Shown piece by piece: positions 32,778 through 43,239 of a stretch of DNA of 64,000 nt; position 1 is the first letter of the stretch, and every line of letters begins with the position of its first letter. The stretch comes from Thermoanaerobaculia bacterium (GTDB lineage Bacteria > Acidobacteriota > Thermoanaerobaculia > UBA5066 > Gp7-AA6): contig DATKAE010000011.1 in assembly GCA_035498405.1 (NCBI GenBank), forward strand, positions 226-64,225. The letters are read 5' to 3'. The notes under the pieces are model-generated. The model did no database searches, was not told where the DNA came from, and saw only the letters and a list, made by a program, of their open reading frames with translations. The translations under genes were made by a program, and so were the position numbers.

Positions 32778-33227
32778 TTACTCCCTGCTCGCGTTCAAGT
32801 GCTTCGTCAGGACGATCTCCATGCCGCCGCCCTCGTGCCGCCCGAAGCGCACGTCGTCCATGAAGGTCTTCATGTAGAAGATCCCGCGCCCCGAGGTCTT
32901 CAACCGGTTCTCGGGCGCCAACGGGTCGCTGACCCTCTCCGGGTCGAAGCCGCTGCCCTCGTCGCGGATCCGGACCTCGAGAGTGTTTTGGTCGACGCGC
33001 ATTTCCACGTGCACCCTCTTATCGAGGTCCTGCTCATTGCCGTGCTTGATGGCGTTGGCGAGCGCCTCCCGCAACGCCATGAGAATCCAATGCTTGGTCT
33101 CCTCCGAGACCTCCCGGCCCTCGAGCAGCTTACCGCAGAGGTGCTGCGCCATTTCGATGTTTTCAAACCGGCTCGACAGCGACATGCGCACGGGCCCGGC
33201 GTCGGCCGGCGGTTTGGAGGCGCTCAT
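32778..33227 (-). CDS. anti-sigma regulatory factor, serine kinase (RsbW/SpoIIAB-like HATPase)
   Basis: EALANAIKHGN (N-box), IRDEGSGFD (G1) and SGRGIFYM (G2). 14 nt upstream of the STAS gene. Start at the ATG at 33227 or the TTG at 33242. Confidence 0.78.
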   Translation of the reverse strand: MSASKPPADAGPVRMSLSSRFENIEMAQHLCGKLLEGREVSEETKHWILMALREALANAIKHGNEQDLDKRVHVEMRVDQNTLEVRIRDEGSGFDPERVSDPLAPENRLKTSGRGIFYMKTFMDDVRFGRHEGGGMEIVLTKHLNASRE

Positions 33228-33325
33228 TCTGGATAGCTGCAAAATCCGGCGGATCTTATGCGAAATCCCAAGGGAAAAGGAACCTCCGGTCCGCGCGGAC
33301 GGCGCCGCATGCTACCCTGCCCGGC

Positions 33326-34546
33326 GTGAGATACGGGCGGGCGCTCCCGGCGCTGATTTTCTCCCTCTCCCCCGGCCTGGCCCTCGCCTCGACCGACCTG
33401 CTTCCAGCCAAGGTCGCCGACTTTGCCAAGGTGGTCGAAACCGTGCGCGGACACCGGTTCAAGCGACCGGTGGCCGCCGAAGAGCTGGATGAACGGGAGC
33501 TAAAGCAGATCCTCCGCGCCAAGCTCGCCGACTCGTTCCCGTCGAGCCCGGAGCAGACGCGGCAGACCCTCATCGCTCTCGGCCTGATCGACGACAAGCC
33601 CAAGCTGATGGAGCACCTGATCGACTTCTACGCTTCGCAGGTGATCGCCTTCTACGATCCGGAGTCGCGTCGTTTCTACGTCGTCCGGGGCGCCGCGGCC
33701 TCGCTCGAGGGAATCGACCTCCAGGGTGCCGAAGAGAAGCTGATCTTCACGCACGAGCTCACGCACGCCCTCCAGGATCAGAATCTCGACCTCGACCGCC
33801 GGCTCAAGGCGCTCAAGGACAACGGCGACCAGGCCCTCGCGCTGCAGTGCATGCTCGAGGGGGAGGCGACCCTCGTGATGATCCGCGCGGCGCTCGCCGA
33901 CCTGCCGTCGACCGACGCCTCCCTGGAGGAGGAGATCGCTCCGCTCCTGTCGGCCGGCAAACTCGAGGCGGCGAGCGCGCCGAAGGACGTGCCGGCCTAT
34001 TTCACCGAGCAGCTCTTCTTTCCCTACATCGACGGAACCGCCTACGTGCGCCGCGCCGTCAAGGCGGGCGGGTGGGCCGAGATCGACCGAATCTGGAGAA
34101 ATCCGCCGCTATCGACCTCGGAGATCCTGCATCCGGAAGCGCGGCCCTTCGTTCCGGCCTCGGATCTGCTCCCGCCGAGGACGGACGCGCTCGCCCCGGC
34201 AGGCTTCCGTCCTCTTTATTGCGACACGCTCGGCGAATGGGGCCTGCGTTACCTGCTGCGGCGGGGCCTCGAAGCGGCCGAGGCGGACCCTGCCGCGTCG
34301 GCGTGGCGAGGCGACCGCGTGGCCTTCTTCTCCTCGTCTCAGGGCGGCGTAGCCTATGTCTGGCGCGTGCGACTCGAGAGCGCGGAGGCCGCCGAGCGCC
34401 TCGAAAGGGCGCTGCAGAAGTCGCGCCGCGCCAATCCGGCGCCCAAACCCGAGGTCACGCGCCGAGACGGCCGCGACCTGCTGATCGCGGGAGGCTTCCC
34501 CGCGGCGCCCGACTGGAAGAAACTCTCCGCGCTCCTGTCGCGGTAA
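33326..34546 (+). CDS. secreted protein with HExxH zinc-metalloprotease-like motif
   Basis: Signal peptide (ALIFSLSPGLALAS), FTHELTHALQD, and a downstream LEGEATL that could supply a third ligand. Family uncertain. Confidence 0.55.
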   Translation: MRYGRALPALIFSLSPGLALASTDLLPAKVADFAKVVETVRGHRFKRPVAAEELDERELKQILRAKLADSFPSSPEQTRQTLIALGLIDDKPKLMEHLIDFYASQVIAFYDPESRRFYVVRGAAASLEGIDLQGAEEKLIFTHELTHALQDQNLDLDRRLKALKDNGDQALALQCMLEGEATLVMIRAALADLPSTDASLEEEIAPLLSAGKLEAASAPKDVPAYFTEQLFFPYIDGTAYVRRAVKAGGWAEIDRIWRNPPLSTSEILHPEARPFVPASDLLPPRTDALAPAGFRPLYCDTLGEWGLRYLLRRGLEAAEADPAASAWRGDRVAFFSSSQGGVAYVWRVRLESAEAAERLERALQKSRRANPAPKPEVTRRDGRDLLIAGGFPAAPDWKKLSALLSR

Positions 34547-34610
34547 GGGCGCCGCCCTCCTGCTCCATCAGGACTCCTCGCCGGGGGCCTCGGAATGACC
34601 GCCCTCAGGC

Positions 34611-35444
34611 TCAGACCGGCAGCGCCCTGAGCACGAGCGGAATCACGACGAACATCTGGATCGCGTCGAAGACGCCGTGCGCCACGATGCAGGGCAACAC
34701 GTTTCGGTAGAGCATGAAAGCAGCCGAGAGCACCGTCGAAATGACCAGGATCCCGATCAGCACGATCGGCTGCCCGTAGGCGCCGTGGGCCGCCGTGAAC
34801 ATGAGGGTCGCCGCGAGCGGGCCCACCCGAGTCTGCAGAAACGAGCGGAAGAAGAACTCCTCGATGAACATCGCGGAGCAAATGATGGCGATCTTGACGG
34901 CGGCCGGCCGCGCCACGAGCCACACGATCATCGGGGCGACATGGGAGGCCGGGGCCGCCTCGCCGCCGGGCGGCGCTCCCGCCAGCAAGTACCAGAGGCC
35001 CACGAACAGGGCCGCGAGCAGGATCGTCAAGAGCCACCCGGCGGCGCCGATGAAGATTCCCGCCGTCAGGTCGGCCAGAGGCCGCCCGCTGCGGAGGCAG
35101 AGAAAACCGGCCACCGACCGGTGGCCGGAGAGCAGGTAGTAGCAGACCAGAAACAGCGCGAGGGTCGCGTGGACTCCGAAAAGCGAGACGTAGGAGAGAT
35201 CCCGCGCCTCCGGCTCCGTCCCGGCCATTCCGAGAGCGAAGGGAATCGCCACCGTCAGGAGGAGCACGCCGGCTAAGAGCAGCATCGCGGCCACCCGGCG
35301 CAGCAGTTCTCCCGCTGTCGCCGGGCGCCCGAGAGTCGAGAAGCCGTCCTGCGCGAACACGGCGCGGGAGCGGGCCCGCAGGAAGGAGAGGAGGATCCCG
35401 CCGCCGCCGAGCAGGAGCAGCAGGATGGGCAGGGCGCCTTTCAT
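34611..35444 (-). CDS. CPBP-family (CAAX-type) intramembrane metalloprotease
   Basis: Polytopic, with EEFFFRS, FTAAHG and HGVFD motifs. Trimmed to MKGALPILLLLLGGG. Confidence 0.8.
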   Translation of the reverse strand: MKGALPILLLLLGGGGILLSFLRARSRAVFAQDGFSTLGRPATAGELLRRVAAMLLLAGVLLLTVAIPFALGMAGTEPEARDLSYVSLFGVHATLALFLVCYYLLSGHRSVAGFLCLRSGRPLADLTAGIFIGAAGWLLTILLAALFVGLWYLLAGAPPGGEAAPASHVAPMIVWLVARPAAVKIAIICSAMFIEEFFFRSFLQTRVGPLAATLMFTAAHGAYGQPIVLIGILVISTVLSAAFMLYRNVLPCIVAHGVFDAIQMFVVIPLVLRALPV

Positions 35445-35565
35445 GCCGACGGGGATCTCACGAGGCCGGCGCGGAGCATACAGGAAGTCTCGAGGCCCCC
35501 GCCCGCGGCCTCGAGCCATCGCGCTGGACTTTGCGCGCCTCCCGGGAGACGATTCCCAGCCGCCC

Positions 35566-36498
35566 ATGGAGAGCCAACTTCCGCTCGAAGCCCAGGGGCT
35601 CACCAAGTCCTTCGGCGGGCGCCGGGCCTTGGACGGCGTCACGCTCTCCCTGGTGCCCGCCGAGATCCTCGGCCTGCTCGGCCCGAACGGCGCCGGCAAG
35701 ACCACACTCGTGCGCAGTGTCGTGGGACGGGTTCGGCCGGATGCGGGAAGCCTTCGCGTCTTCGGGCTTTCCCCGAGCGACCCGACCTCCTCGGGGCTGC
35801 GCGGATGGGTCCCCCAGGAGATCGCCCTCTATCCGCTCCTCTCGCCCCGGGAGAACCTCTACAGCTTCGGCCGCTATCAGGGGCTCTCCGAGAGGGATCT
35901 TCCGGCGGCAGCCGAACGCAGCCTCGAGTGGGCCGCGCTGTCCGAGCGCGCGGACGAGCGCACGGAGCGCCTGTCGGGTGGGATGAAGCGTCGCTTGAAC
36001 ATCGCCGCCGGCACGATCCACCGGCCACGGCTCCTGCTCTTGGATGAGCCTACCGTCGGTGTCGACCCGCAGTCTCGAGAACGCATCTACCGGATGATCG
36101 AGGAGCTCCGCGGCGAGGGCGTCTCCCTCCTCTACACGACCCATTACATGGAGGAAGCCGAGCGCCTCTGCGACCGAATCGCGATCATCGACAACGGGAG
36201 AATCATCGCGCTCGGAACCAAGGACGAGCTCGTGCGCGAGACCCTCGTCAAGGGACGCACCCTGACCGTCGACTCGGACGGCCCGCTGCCCGAGTCCCTG
36301 CGCCGTCGCCTGACCGAACTCGGAGCCTCGATGCTCGAAAAGGGCGCGGTCATCCCGGTCGGAGAGCCTGCCCGCGAGATCCCCGAGGTGCTGGAGCTCT
36401 TCCGCCAGGCAGGCGCGCCGGTCAGCGACCTGACGCTCAAGACGGCAACGCTCGAGGCCGTCTTCCTTCACCTGACCGGACGCGAGTTGCGCGAATGA
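35566..36498 (+). CDS. ABC transporter ATP-binding protein (ABC-2/DrrA-like exporter type)
   Basis: GPNGAGKTT, LSGGMKRRL and LLLLDEP. The stop overlaps the permease start. Confidence 0.88.
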   Translation: MESQLPLEAQGLTKSFGGRRALDGVTLSLVPAEILGLLGPNGAGKTTLVRSVVGRVRPDAGSLRVFGLSPSDPTSSGLRGWVPQEIALYPLLSPRENLYSFGRYQGLSERDLPAAAERSLEWAALSERADERTERLSGGMKRRLNIAAGTIHRPRLLLLDEPTVGVDPQSRERIYRMIEELRGEGVSLLYTTHYMEEAERLCDRIAIIDNGRIIALGTKDELVRETLVKGRTLTVDSDGPLPESLRRRLTELGASMLEKGAVIPVGEPAREIPEVLELFRQAGAPVSDLTLKTATLEAVFLHLTGRELRE

Positions 36499-37772
36499 TC
36501 CTCGCGGTCGCGCGAACGCACCTGGCGAGACTCCGGCGCGACCGCGCTGGCTTCACCCTTGCCTTCATCGTTCCGATCGTCTTCTTCTCGGTCTTCGCCC
36601 TGCTCTTTGGAGGACCGCGGGGCTCGACGCGCCGGATTCCCGTGGCCGTCGTCGACGAGGATGGCAGCGAGACCTCCCGGCGCTTCGTTTCGGCGCTCGG
36701 AGCCGAGGCGGGTCTCAAGATCCAGACGAGCCGGATCGTCAAGGGTCGAGAGGGAATGAGTCCTTACGACCGACCGACCGCCGAGAACGCAGTCCGGGAA
36801 GGAGAGGTTTCGCTCGCACTCGTGATTCCGGCCGGCTTCGGCGAGCATCCCATCCAGTTCGGTGCCTCCGGCGGCGCTCCGCGTCTCCTGCTGCTGTCCG
36901 ACAGCGCGGATCCGGTTGCGCCGCAGGTCCTGGCCGGCCTGCTTCAGAAGGTCGCCCTGACGGCGCTCCCGGACGCGCTGGCGACCGCCGGCATTTCGCA
37001 GATGGATCTCTGGGGGGCCTCCCTGACGGAAGAGCAGCGCACGAGGCTTCGAGACAGCTTGCAGGGGTTGCGTGAGCGGGCGGGCGCGGGGGCCGGGGCG
37101 GGAGGCGCCCGCTCCGCGGGAGGCCTCGTCGCCGTCGAGGTCAGGGACGTCCTCGGCGAATCCAAGAAGAACCCGGCCTCGGCCTTGCTCGCGGCAGGCC
37201 TCGGGGTGATGTTCCTGCTCTTCTCGGCGGCAGGCGCCGGAGGGGCGCTCATCGAGGAGGCCGAGAGCGGAACGCTCGATCGAATTCTCGGGACTCGCGT
37301 GACGATGACCCAGCTCCTGCTCGGCAAGCTCTTGTACCTCTCCAGCGTCGCGGTGGCGCAGCTGTTCGTCATGTTCACCTGGGGCCAGATCTTCTTCGGC
37401 GTCGAGCTCTTCCGGCACCTGCCGGGCTTCTTCCTCATGACGGCGGTCACCGCGATCGCCTGCTCGAGCTTCGGCCTCGTCCTGGCGGCCGCCTCGAAGA
37501 CGCGCATCCAGCTCGTGGCCCTCTCGAACTTGTTGATTCTCGTCATGTCGGCGCTCGGCGGAAGCATGGTTCCGCGGTACCTGCTCTCCGAAACGATCCA
37601 GAAGCTCGGGCTCATCACGTTGAACGCCTGGGCGATCGACGGGTTTCTGAAGGTCTTCTGGCGAGAAGAGCCTCTCTGGAGGCTCTGGCCCCAGGTTCTG
37701 GTTCTGCTCGTGGCGGCCGTCGCCCTCTTCGCCGTCGCGCGGCGCCTGGCGCACCGGTGGGATGAGGCGTGA
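36495..37772 (+). CDS. ABC-2 type transporter permease
   Basis: 425 aa with an N-terminal TM, a large extracytoplasmic loop and five C-terminal TM helices. ATGA overlap with the ATPase gene. Confidence 0.8.
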   Translation: MILAVARTHLARLRRDRAGFTLAFIVPIVFFSVFALLFGGPRGSTRRIPVAVVDEDGSETSRRFVSALGAEAGLKIQTSRIVKGREGMSPYDRPTAENAVREGEVSLALVIPAGFGEHPIQFGASGGAPRLLLLSDSADPVAPQVLAGLLQKVALTALPDALATAGISQMDLWGASLTEEQRTRLRDSLQGLRERAGAGAGAGGARSAGGLVAVEVRDVLGESKKNPASALLAAGLGVMFLLFSAAGAGGALIEEAESGTLDRILGTRVTMTQLLLGKLLYLSSVAVAQLFVMFTWGQIFFGVELFRHLPGFFLMTAVTAIACSSFGLVLAAASKTRIQLVALSNLLILVMSALGGSMVPRYLLSETIQKLGLITLNAWAIDGFLKVFWREEPLWRLWPQVLVLLVAAVALFAVARRLAHRWDEA

Positions 37773-37793
37773 GGGGAAGGTCTGAGGTGTGAG

Positions 37794-38873
37794 GTGCGAG
37801 GGGTGAGGGTAAAGACGAAGAGGCTGCTTGTTGCGTTGACGTTTCTTGCGGCAAGAGCCGTCGCCGCGCTGCCTCCGGTGACGGAGGGAGACTTCGTGCT
37901 GCGGGATTTCCGATTCGCGAGCGGCGAAACGCTCCCGCAGGTCAGGATCCACTACCGCACCCTCGGCGCGCCGCGGCGCGATGCCAATGGAGTCGTGAGA
38001 AACGCGGTCTTGATCCTGCACGGAACGACGGGCTCGGGAAGGCAGTTTCTGACCGACAACTTCGCAGGCGTTCTCTTCGGGCCGGGGCAGCTGCTCGACG
38101 CCGAAAGCCACTACCTGATCCTGCCCGACGGGATCGGCCACGGCGATTCGTCGCGGCCGTCCGATGGTCTTCGGGCACGCTTCCCCCGCTACACCTATGA
38201 CGACATGGTCGTGGCGCAGTACCGGCTGCTCACGGAGGGCCTGGGGGTCGCCCACCTGCATCTGGTCCTCGGCACGTCGATGGGCGGGATGCACACGTGG
38301 GTGTGGGGCGAAAAATATCCGGACTTCATGGACGGCCTCGTCCCCCTGGCCTGCCTGCCGGTTCCGATCGCCGGCCGCAATCGTGCGTGGCGCAAGATGA
38401 TCTCCGAGGACATTCGCAACGATCCGGACTGGAAGCAGGGCGACTACGAGCGACAGCCAGGGAGCCTCACGACGGCGGTGCAGCTGATGGTCCTCATGGT
38501 CGGCAGTCCTTTGCAGTGGCAAAAGGCCGCCCCGACCCCGGAGGATGCCGACCGGTACCTGGCCGAGCAGATGGGAATGCGGCTGGCCGGCGTCGACGCC
38601 AACAACCTGCTCTACGCCTTCGAGGCCTCGCGCGAGTACGACCCGGCGCCGGGGCTCGAGCGAATCGAGAAGCCGCTCGTCGCGATCAATTTCGCCGACG
38701 ACGAAATCAACCCGCCGGAGCTCGGCGTCCTCCCGGCCCTCATGAGCCGCGTGCGACAGGGGCGCTACGTCCTGATTCCGGCGAGCGAGCAGACGCGCGG
38801 CCACGCGACCCACTCGTACCCCGTTTTCTGGCAGGAGCATCTGAAGGCCTTCCTCGCGCGGTTGCCCAATTAA
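37794..38873 (+). CDS. alpha/beta hydrolase, homoserine O-acetyltransferase (MetX)-like, with signal peptide
   Basis: LILHGTTGSG and GTSMGGMHTW (GxSxG). The N-terminal hydrophobic leader suggests a non-MetX exported esterase. The start codon is uncertain because it lies within the G-rich heptad repeat. Confidence 0.7.
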   Translation: MRGVRVKTKRLLVALTFLAARAVAALPPVTEGDFVLRDFRFASGETLPQVRIHYRTLGAPRRDANGVVRNAVLILHGTTGSGRQFLTDNFAGVLFGPGQLLDAESHYLILPDGIGHGDSSRPSDGLRARFPRYTYDDMVVAQYRLLTEGLGVAHLHLVLGTSMGGMHTWVWGEKYPDFMDGLVPLACLPVPIAGRNRAWRKMISEDIRNDPDWKQGDYERQPGSLTTAVQLMVLMVGSPLQWQKAAPTPEDADRYLAEQMGMRLAGVDANNLLYAFEASREYDPAPGLERIEKPLVAINFADDEINPPELGVLPALMSRVRQGRYVLIPASEQTRGHATHSYPVFWQEHLKAFLARLPN

Positions 38874-39016
38874 GGGGCCCCTTCGACGGGGCATTACCGC
38901 CGGAGTCCCCTGGCCATTGGGTCAGCTTTGGCACAGGTCAATCCGCGCGATCGCCGGAACCAAGTGGTTGATGTCACGACGGTTGAAGGAGGCGGCGGAC
39001 AGGACTGCAAATTTGT

Positions 39017-39045
39017 TTGACAAATCTGGACCGGGACCCTACGCT
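39017..39045 (+). promoter_or_regulatory. candidate sigma-70-type promoter in a 420-bp lower-GC spacer
   Basis: TTGACA (39017-39022), a 17-nt spacer, then TACGCT (39040-39045). It is embedded in the palindromic run caaatttgtttgacaaat. About 250 nt upstream of the DUF1800 gene. Confidence 0.25.
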
Positions 39046-39291
39046 CAAGCCCACCAAAAAATGAAGTTCTCGTCCTTTCAGGGCGGGGAGAAAAGGGCGC
39101 CGGAGTCACACTGCGGAGCTCTTTTCGTCCCGCTCGAGACCGTCAGGCAGATTCGCCTTCGAGCGGTTGCGCTCGTTTCTCCTGGCAGGCCGTCTCACAG
39201 GAACGCACTTTCTTCGGAAAGACGGGTGTTGTCCGACAACCCTTTTGATCCTGGCGTCGTCTGAAACAGGAGGCTTCCTCGGAAGGGCCTT

Positions 39292-41763
39292 ATGAAAAAT
39301 CGCAGAAGCGGCTTCCCCATCGCGCGCGCTCTTTCCGCGACCCGGCGGCCCCGCGCCGCGAGACTCTCCCTGGTCGTGTTGCTGGCTCTCTTGACCGGCG
39401 GCATCCCTCTGGGGGGCCCCGGTTCGCCTCCCGCACGCGCGATTCCCGTCGCGTCGGCGGCTGCGCCCGCGGCCATCGCGAGCGCCAACGCGGCGAGCTA
39501 TTACACGGTGACGCCCTGCCGGCTGATCGACACCCGAACCGCCAATGGGCCCTATGGCGGACCGCCCATCTCGGGCGGCCCCACCGCCGCCCGGACGTTC
39601 GTCTTCGCGGGACGCTGCAAGACCTCGCCCACGGCCGGGGCGATCTCCTTGAACGTGACGGTGACCGCCCCCGGGGCCACCGGTTTCGTGACCCTCTATC
39701 CCGGCGGGGCCACTTTGCCGAACACCTCCACGATCAACTTCAAAGCCGGACAGACGCGCGCCAACAACGCCGTCGTCGCCACCGGTTTCGGCGGTGACAT
39801 CGTGATTTATGCCGGTCTGCCTGCCGGAATCACCACCAACGTGATCGTGGACGTCAACGGATACTTCGACCTCCCCACCAACAATCAGCCTCCCACCGCC
39901 AACGCCGGTCCCGATCAGACCATCAGCCTGCCCAACAGCGCGAGCCTGAACGGCAGCGGCACCGACGACGGCCTGCCGAACCCGCCCGCGGCCCTGACCT
40001 ACTCCTGGTCCAAGGTCAGCGGCCCGGGCACCGTCACCTTCGGAGACGCGACGCAGGCGGCCACCAACGCCAGCTTCAGCCTCGCCGGAGTCTACGTGCT
40101 TCGGCTGACCGTCAGCGACTCCGTAATCACCGACTTCGACGACATCACCATCAACGTCAACCCTGCGGCCGCGGCCAACCCGACCGCCGACGCCGTGCGG
40201 TTCCTCGAGCAGTCGACCTGGGGACCCACCGACGCGCTCATCGCCCACGTCCAAGCCGTCGGGTTCATCGGCTTCCTAAACGAGCAGTTCGCGACACCGA
40301 GCTCCGGAAACGTTTTCCTGCCCCTCTGGCCCAACAACACGCCCACCAGCTGCAACTCCACCTGCTTCCGCGACAACTACACGATGTATCCGCTGCAGCG
40401 GCGTCTCTTCACCAACGCCCTCTACGCGCCCGACCAGCTCCGCCAGCGGGTCGCCTTTGCTCTCCACAAGCTCCTGGTCGTCTCGGGCTTCGACATCTCC
40501 ATGCCGAGCCGCCTGAATCCCTATCTTCAGATCCTCGACCGCAATGCCTTCGGGAACTTCCGACAGCTCATGTACGAGATCACGCTGAACCCGGCGATGG
40601 GCCAGTACCTCAACATGAACACGAACACGAAGACGAACCCGAACGAGAACTACGCGCGCGAGATCATGCAGCTCTTCACGATCGGGACGGATCTCCTGAA
40701 CGCCGACGGCACGCCCGAGTACGACGTCAGCGGCATTCCCTACCCGACCTACGATCAGAGCGTCGTGACGAATCTGGCCAAGGTCTTCACCGGCTGGAGA
40801 TTCTCGCCCGACCTGCCGTACCCGCCCGACCCGAACAACTCCATCGACGACTACGTCACGCCGATGGTCTTGAGCGCCAGCCGCCACGACACCGGCCAGA
40901 AGACGATCTTGAACGGCCAGATCATCAACGCCGGTCAGACCGGCGACCAGGACCTGAACCAGGCGCTCGACATCATTTTCAATCACTCCAACGTCGGGCC
41001 GTATTTGGCCAAGCAGCTCATTCACCAGCTGGTGACGAGCAATCCGAGCCCCGCCTACGTCGGGCGCGTCGCCGCCATCTTCAACGACAACGGCTCGGGA
41101 GTCCGCGGCGACATGAAGTCGGTCATCACCGCCATCCTGCTCGATCCCGAGGCCCGGGGCGACCTGAAGACCGATCCGGCGTACGGTCACTTCAAGGAGC
41201 CGGTGCTCCTCATCACCAACCTGCTCCGGGCCTTCGACGTCAAGGGGGACGGGTTGCCGCAAAGCGACGGCAATTTGAACGGGAGCTCCTCCTCGATGGG
41301 TCAGGACGCCTACCGGCCGCCGACGGTGTTCAGCTACTTCCCGGCCGACTTCGAGGTGGCCGGCACCGGCGGCCTGCTCGGACCCGAGTTCGGAATCGCC
41401 TCGGCCACGACGGCGCTCAAGCGCGACAACTTCATCAACACGATGGTTTTCTCGAAGCTCACCAAGAGCAGCAATCCCACGACCGGCAACTCCCCCTACG
41501 GCACGACGCTCGACTTCACTCGCATCCTGACCTTCGCCGCGGGTCCTCCCGGACCCCTCATCGACGAGCTCAACCGCGTGATGCTGCACGGGTCGATGTC
41601 CACGTACGCCAACTCCGGACCGAACAACATGTGGGACAGCCTCTATCAGGCGATCACCGCGATCCCGTGCGCCAACCCGTGCACCGGGACACCCGCCCTG
41701 CAGCGCGTCCAGCAGGCCGTCTATCTCGTCGCGACTTCGTCGCAATATCAGGTGCAAAGATGA
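39292..41763 (+). CDS. secreted DUF1800-family protein with extra N-terminal beta-sandwich and PKD/Ig-like domains
   Basis: Signal peptide. YYTVTPCRLIDTRT...VDVNGYF module, then a PPTANAGPDQTI...YSWSKVSGPG Ig-like module, then a long DUF1800-like body (LEQSTWGP..., ENYAREIMQLFTIG). Confidence 0.75.
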   Translation: MKNRRSGFPIARALSATRRPRAARLSLVVLLALLTGGIPLGGPGSPPARAIPVASAAAPAAIASANAASYYTVTPCRLIDTRTANGPYGGPPISGGPTAARTFVFAGRCKTSPTAGAISLNVTVTAPGATGFVTLYPGGATLPNTSTINFKAGQTRANNAVVATGFGGDIVIYAGLPAGITTNVIVDVNGYFDLPTNNQPPTANAGPDQTISLPNSASLNGSGTDDGLPNPPAALTYSWSKVSGPGTVTFGDATQAATNASFSLAGVYVLRLTVSDSVITDFDDITINVNPAAAANPTADAVRFLEQSTWGPTDALIAHVQAVGFIGFLNEQFATPSSGNVFLPLWPNNTPTSCNSTCFRDNYTMYPLQRRLFTNALYAPDQLRQRVAFALHKLLVVSGFDISMPSRLNPYLQILDRNAFGNFRQLMYEITLNPAMGQYLNMNTNTKTNPNENYAREIMQLFTIGTDLLNADGTPEYDVSGIPYPTYDQSVVTNLAKVFTGWRFSPDLPYPPDPNNSIDDYVTPMVLSASRHDTGQKTILNGQIINAGQTGDQDLNQALDIIFNHSNVGPYLAKQLIHQLVTSNPSPAYVGRVAAIFNDNGSGVRGDMKSVITAILLDPEARGDLKTDPAYGHFKEPVLLITNLLRAFDVKGDGLPQSDGNLNGSSSSMGQDAYRPPTVFSYFPADFEVAGTGGLLGPEFGIASATTALKRDNFINTMVFSKLTKSSNPTTGNSPYGTTLDFTRILTFAAGPPGPLIDELNRVMLHGSMSTYANSGPNNMWDSLYQAITAIPCANPCTGTPALQRVQQAVYLVATSSQYQVQR

Positions 41764-43238
41764 CCAAGAAAGAGCAAACCCGCAGGGACTTCCTCGTCCG
41801 CACCTCGTGCGCCGCCCTCGGCGCGGCGGCCGCCTCCGCGAGCCTGAAGAAGTTCGGCCTCTTGACGGCCAAGGCGCTCGAGTCCGCCGTCAACGCGAGC
41901 GATCCGAACTACAAGGCCCTCGTCTGCATCTTCTTGAGCGGCGGCAACGACTCCAACAACATGATCGTGCCGATGGCCGGCAGCCTGCTGACGGCCTACA
42001 ACACCGCGCGACCCGCCGGCTCGGGGCTGCAGCTCTCCCAGGGCGCGCTTCACCCGATCACGGTGCCGGGCCTCGGCCAGTTCGGCCTGCACGCGAACCT
42101 CGGGACGACCGCCGCAAACCAGCCCGACCCGACCAAGGTCCTGCACACCCTCTGGGGACAGCAGCGTCTCGCGGTCGTCTGCAACGTCGGGCCGCTCGTC
42201 GTGCCGCTGCCGAACAAGACCGCCTACCAGAGCAGCGCGAACAAGAAGCCCTATCAGCTCTTCTCGCATTCCGATCAGGTCGCCCAATGGCAGACGTCGG
42301 TTTCGGATCATGTCAGCCAGACCGGCTGGGGCGGCCGCACGGCCGACAAGACGATCTCCTTCAACGTCGGCTCGGGCTTTCCCCTGGTCACGTCGATCGC
42401 GGGCACGGCCGCCTTCGCCCAGGGCATCCAGACGCGTCCCTTGGGCATCCAGCCGGCTCCCACGGCGCTCAACAACATCCTGGTCTTGAACGGCTTTGCC
42501 TCCGGGCAGACCGGCTTCAACGCGACATACTCGCCGCCGCGAAAGTTGTCGATGGATTTCCTGCGCACGATCGATCGCACGGCCCTTCTGGTCGCCGCGG
42601 CGAGCGACTCAACCGAGCAGGCTGTCGACATCGGCAGCGCTCTCTCGACCGATCCGACCATCGCGACCGTCTTTCCCAACAGCGGGCTCGCCAACCAGCT
42701 GCTCCAGGTCGCGAAGGTCATCAAGATCCACCAGGGTCTCGGCGTCCAGCGCCAGATCTTCTTCTGCCAGCAAGGCGGCTACGACACCCACCAGGACCAG
42801 ATCAACAACCAGGGAGACCTCTTTCAGGATCTCTCCGAGGCGATGAAGGCCTTCTACGACGCCACCGTCGAGTTGCAACTGGAAACCCAGGTCACGACCT
42901 TCACGCTTTCCGATTTCGGGCGCACGCTCGAGCCCTCCGGGTCGGGCGGCGACGTCGGCACCGACCATGGCTGGGGCAACCATCAGTTCGTCATGGGAGG
43001 CTCGGTCCTGGGCGGCAACTTCTACGGAGTGCCGGGTCCGAGTGGAAACGTCTTCCCGACGCTGACGCTGAACGGACCGGACGACACGGACGACCGCGGC
43101 CGGTGGATCCCGTCGGCCGCCGTGGATCAGTATGCGGCGACTCTGGCGACGTGGTTCGGCCTCGCGCCCGGGGACCTTCCCTACGTGTTCCCCAACATCG
43201 GGCATTTCTCGACGTCCAACCTCGGTTTCATGGCTTGA
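41760..43238 (+). CDS. DUF1501-family (sulfatase-fold) protein with Tat signal
   Basis: MTKKEQTRRDFLVRTSCAALGAAAA twin-arginine leader, GGNDSNNMIVP and GTDHGWGNHQFVMGG. ATGA overlap with the DUF1800 stop. Confidence 0.8.
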   Translation: MTKKEQTRRDFLVRTSCAALGAAAASASLKKFGLLTAKALESAVNASDPNYKALVCIFLSGGNDSNNMIVPMAGSLLTAYNTARPAGSGLQLSQGALHPITVPGLGQFGLHANLGTTAANQPDPTKVLHTLWGQQRLAVVCNVGPLVVPLPNKTAYQSSANKKPYQLFSHSDQVAQWQTSVSDHVSQTGWGGRTADKTISFNVGSGFPLVTSIAGTAAFAQGIQTRPLGIQPAPTALNNILVLNGFASGQTGFNATYSPPRKLSMDFLRTIDRTALLVAAASDSTEQAVDIGSALSTDPTIATVFPNSGLANQLLQVAKVIKIHQGLGVQRQIFFCQQGGYDTHQDQINNQGDLFQDLSEAMKAFYDATVELQLETQVTTFTLSDFGRTLEPSGSGGDVGTDHGWGNHQFVMGGSVLGGNFYGVPGPSGNVFPTLTLNGPDDTDDRGRWIPSAAVDQYAATLATWFGLAPGDLPYVFPNIGHFSTSNLGFMA

Positions 43239-43239
43239 G

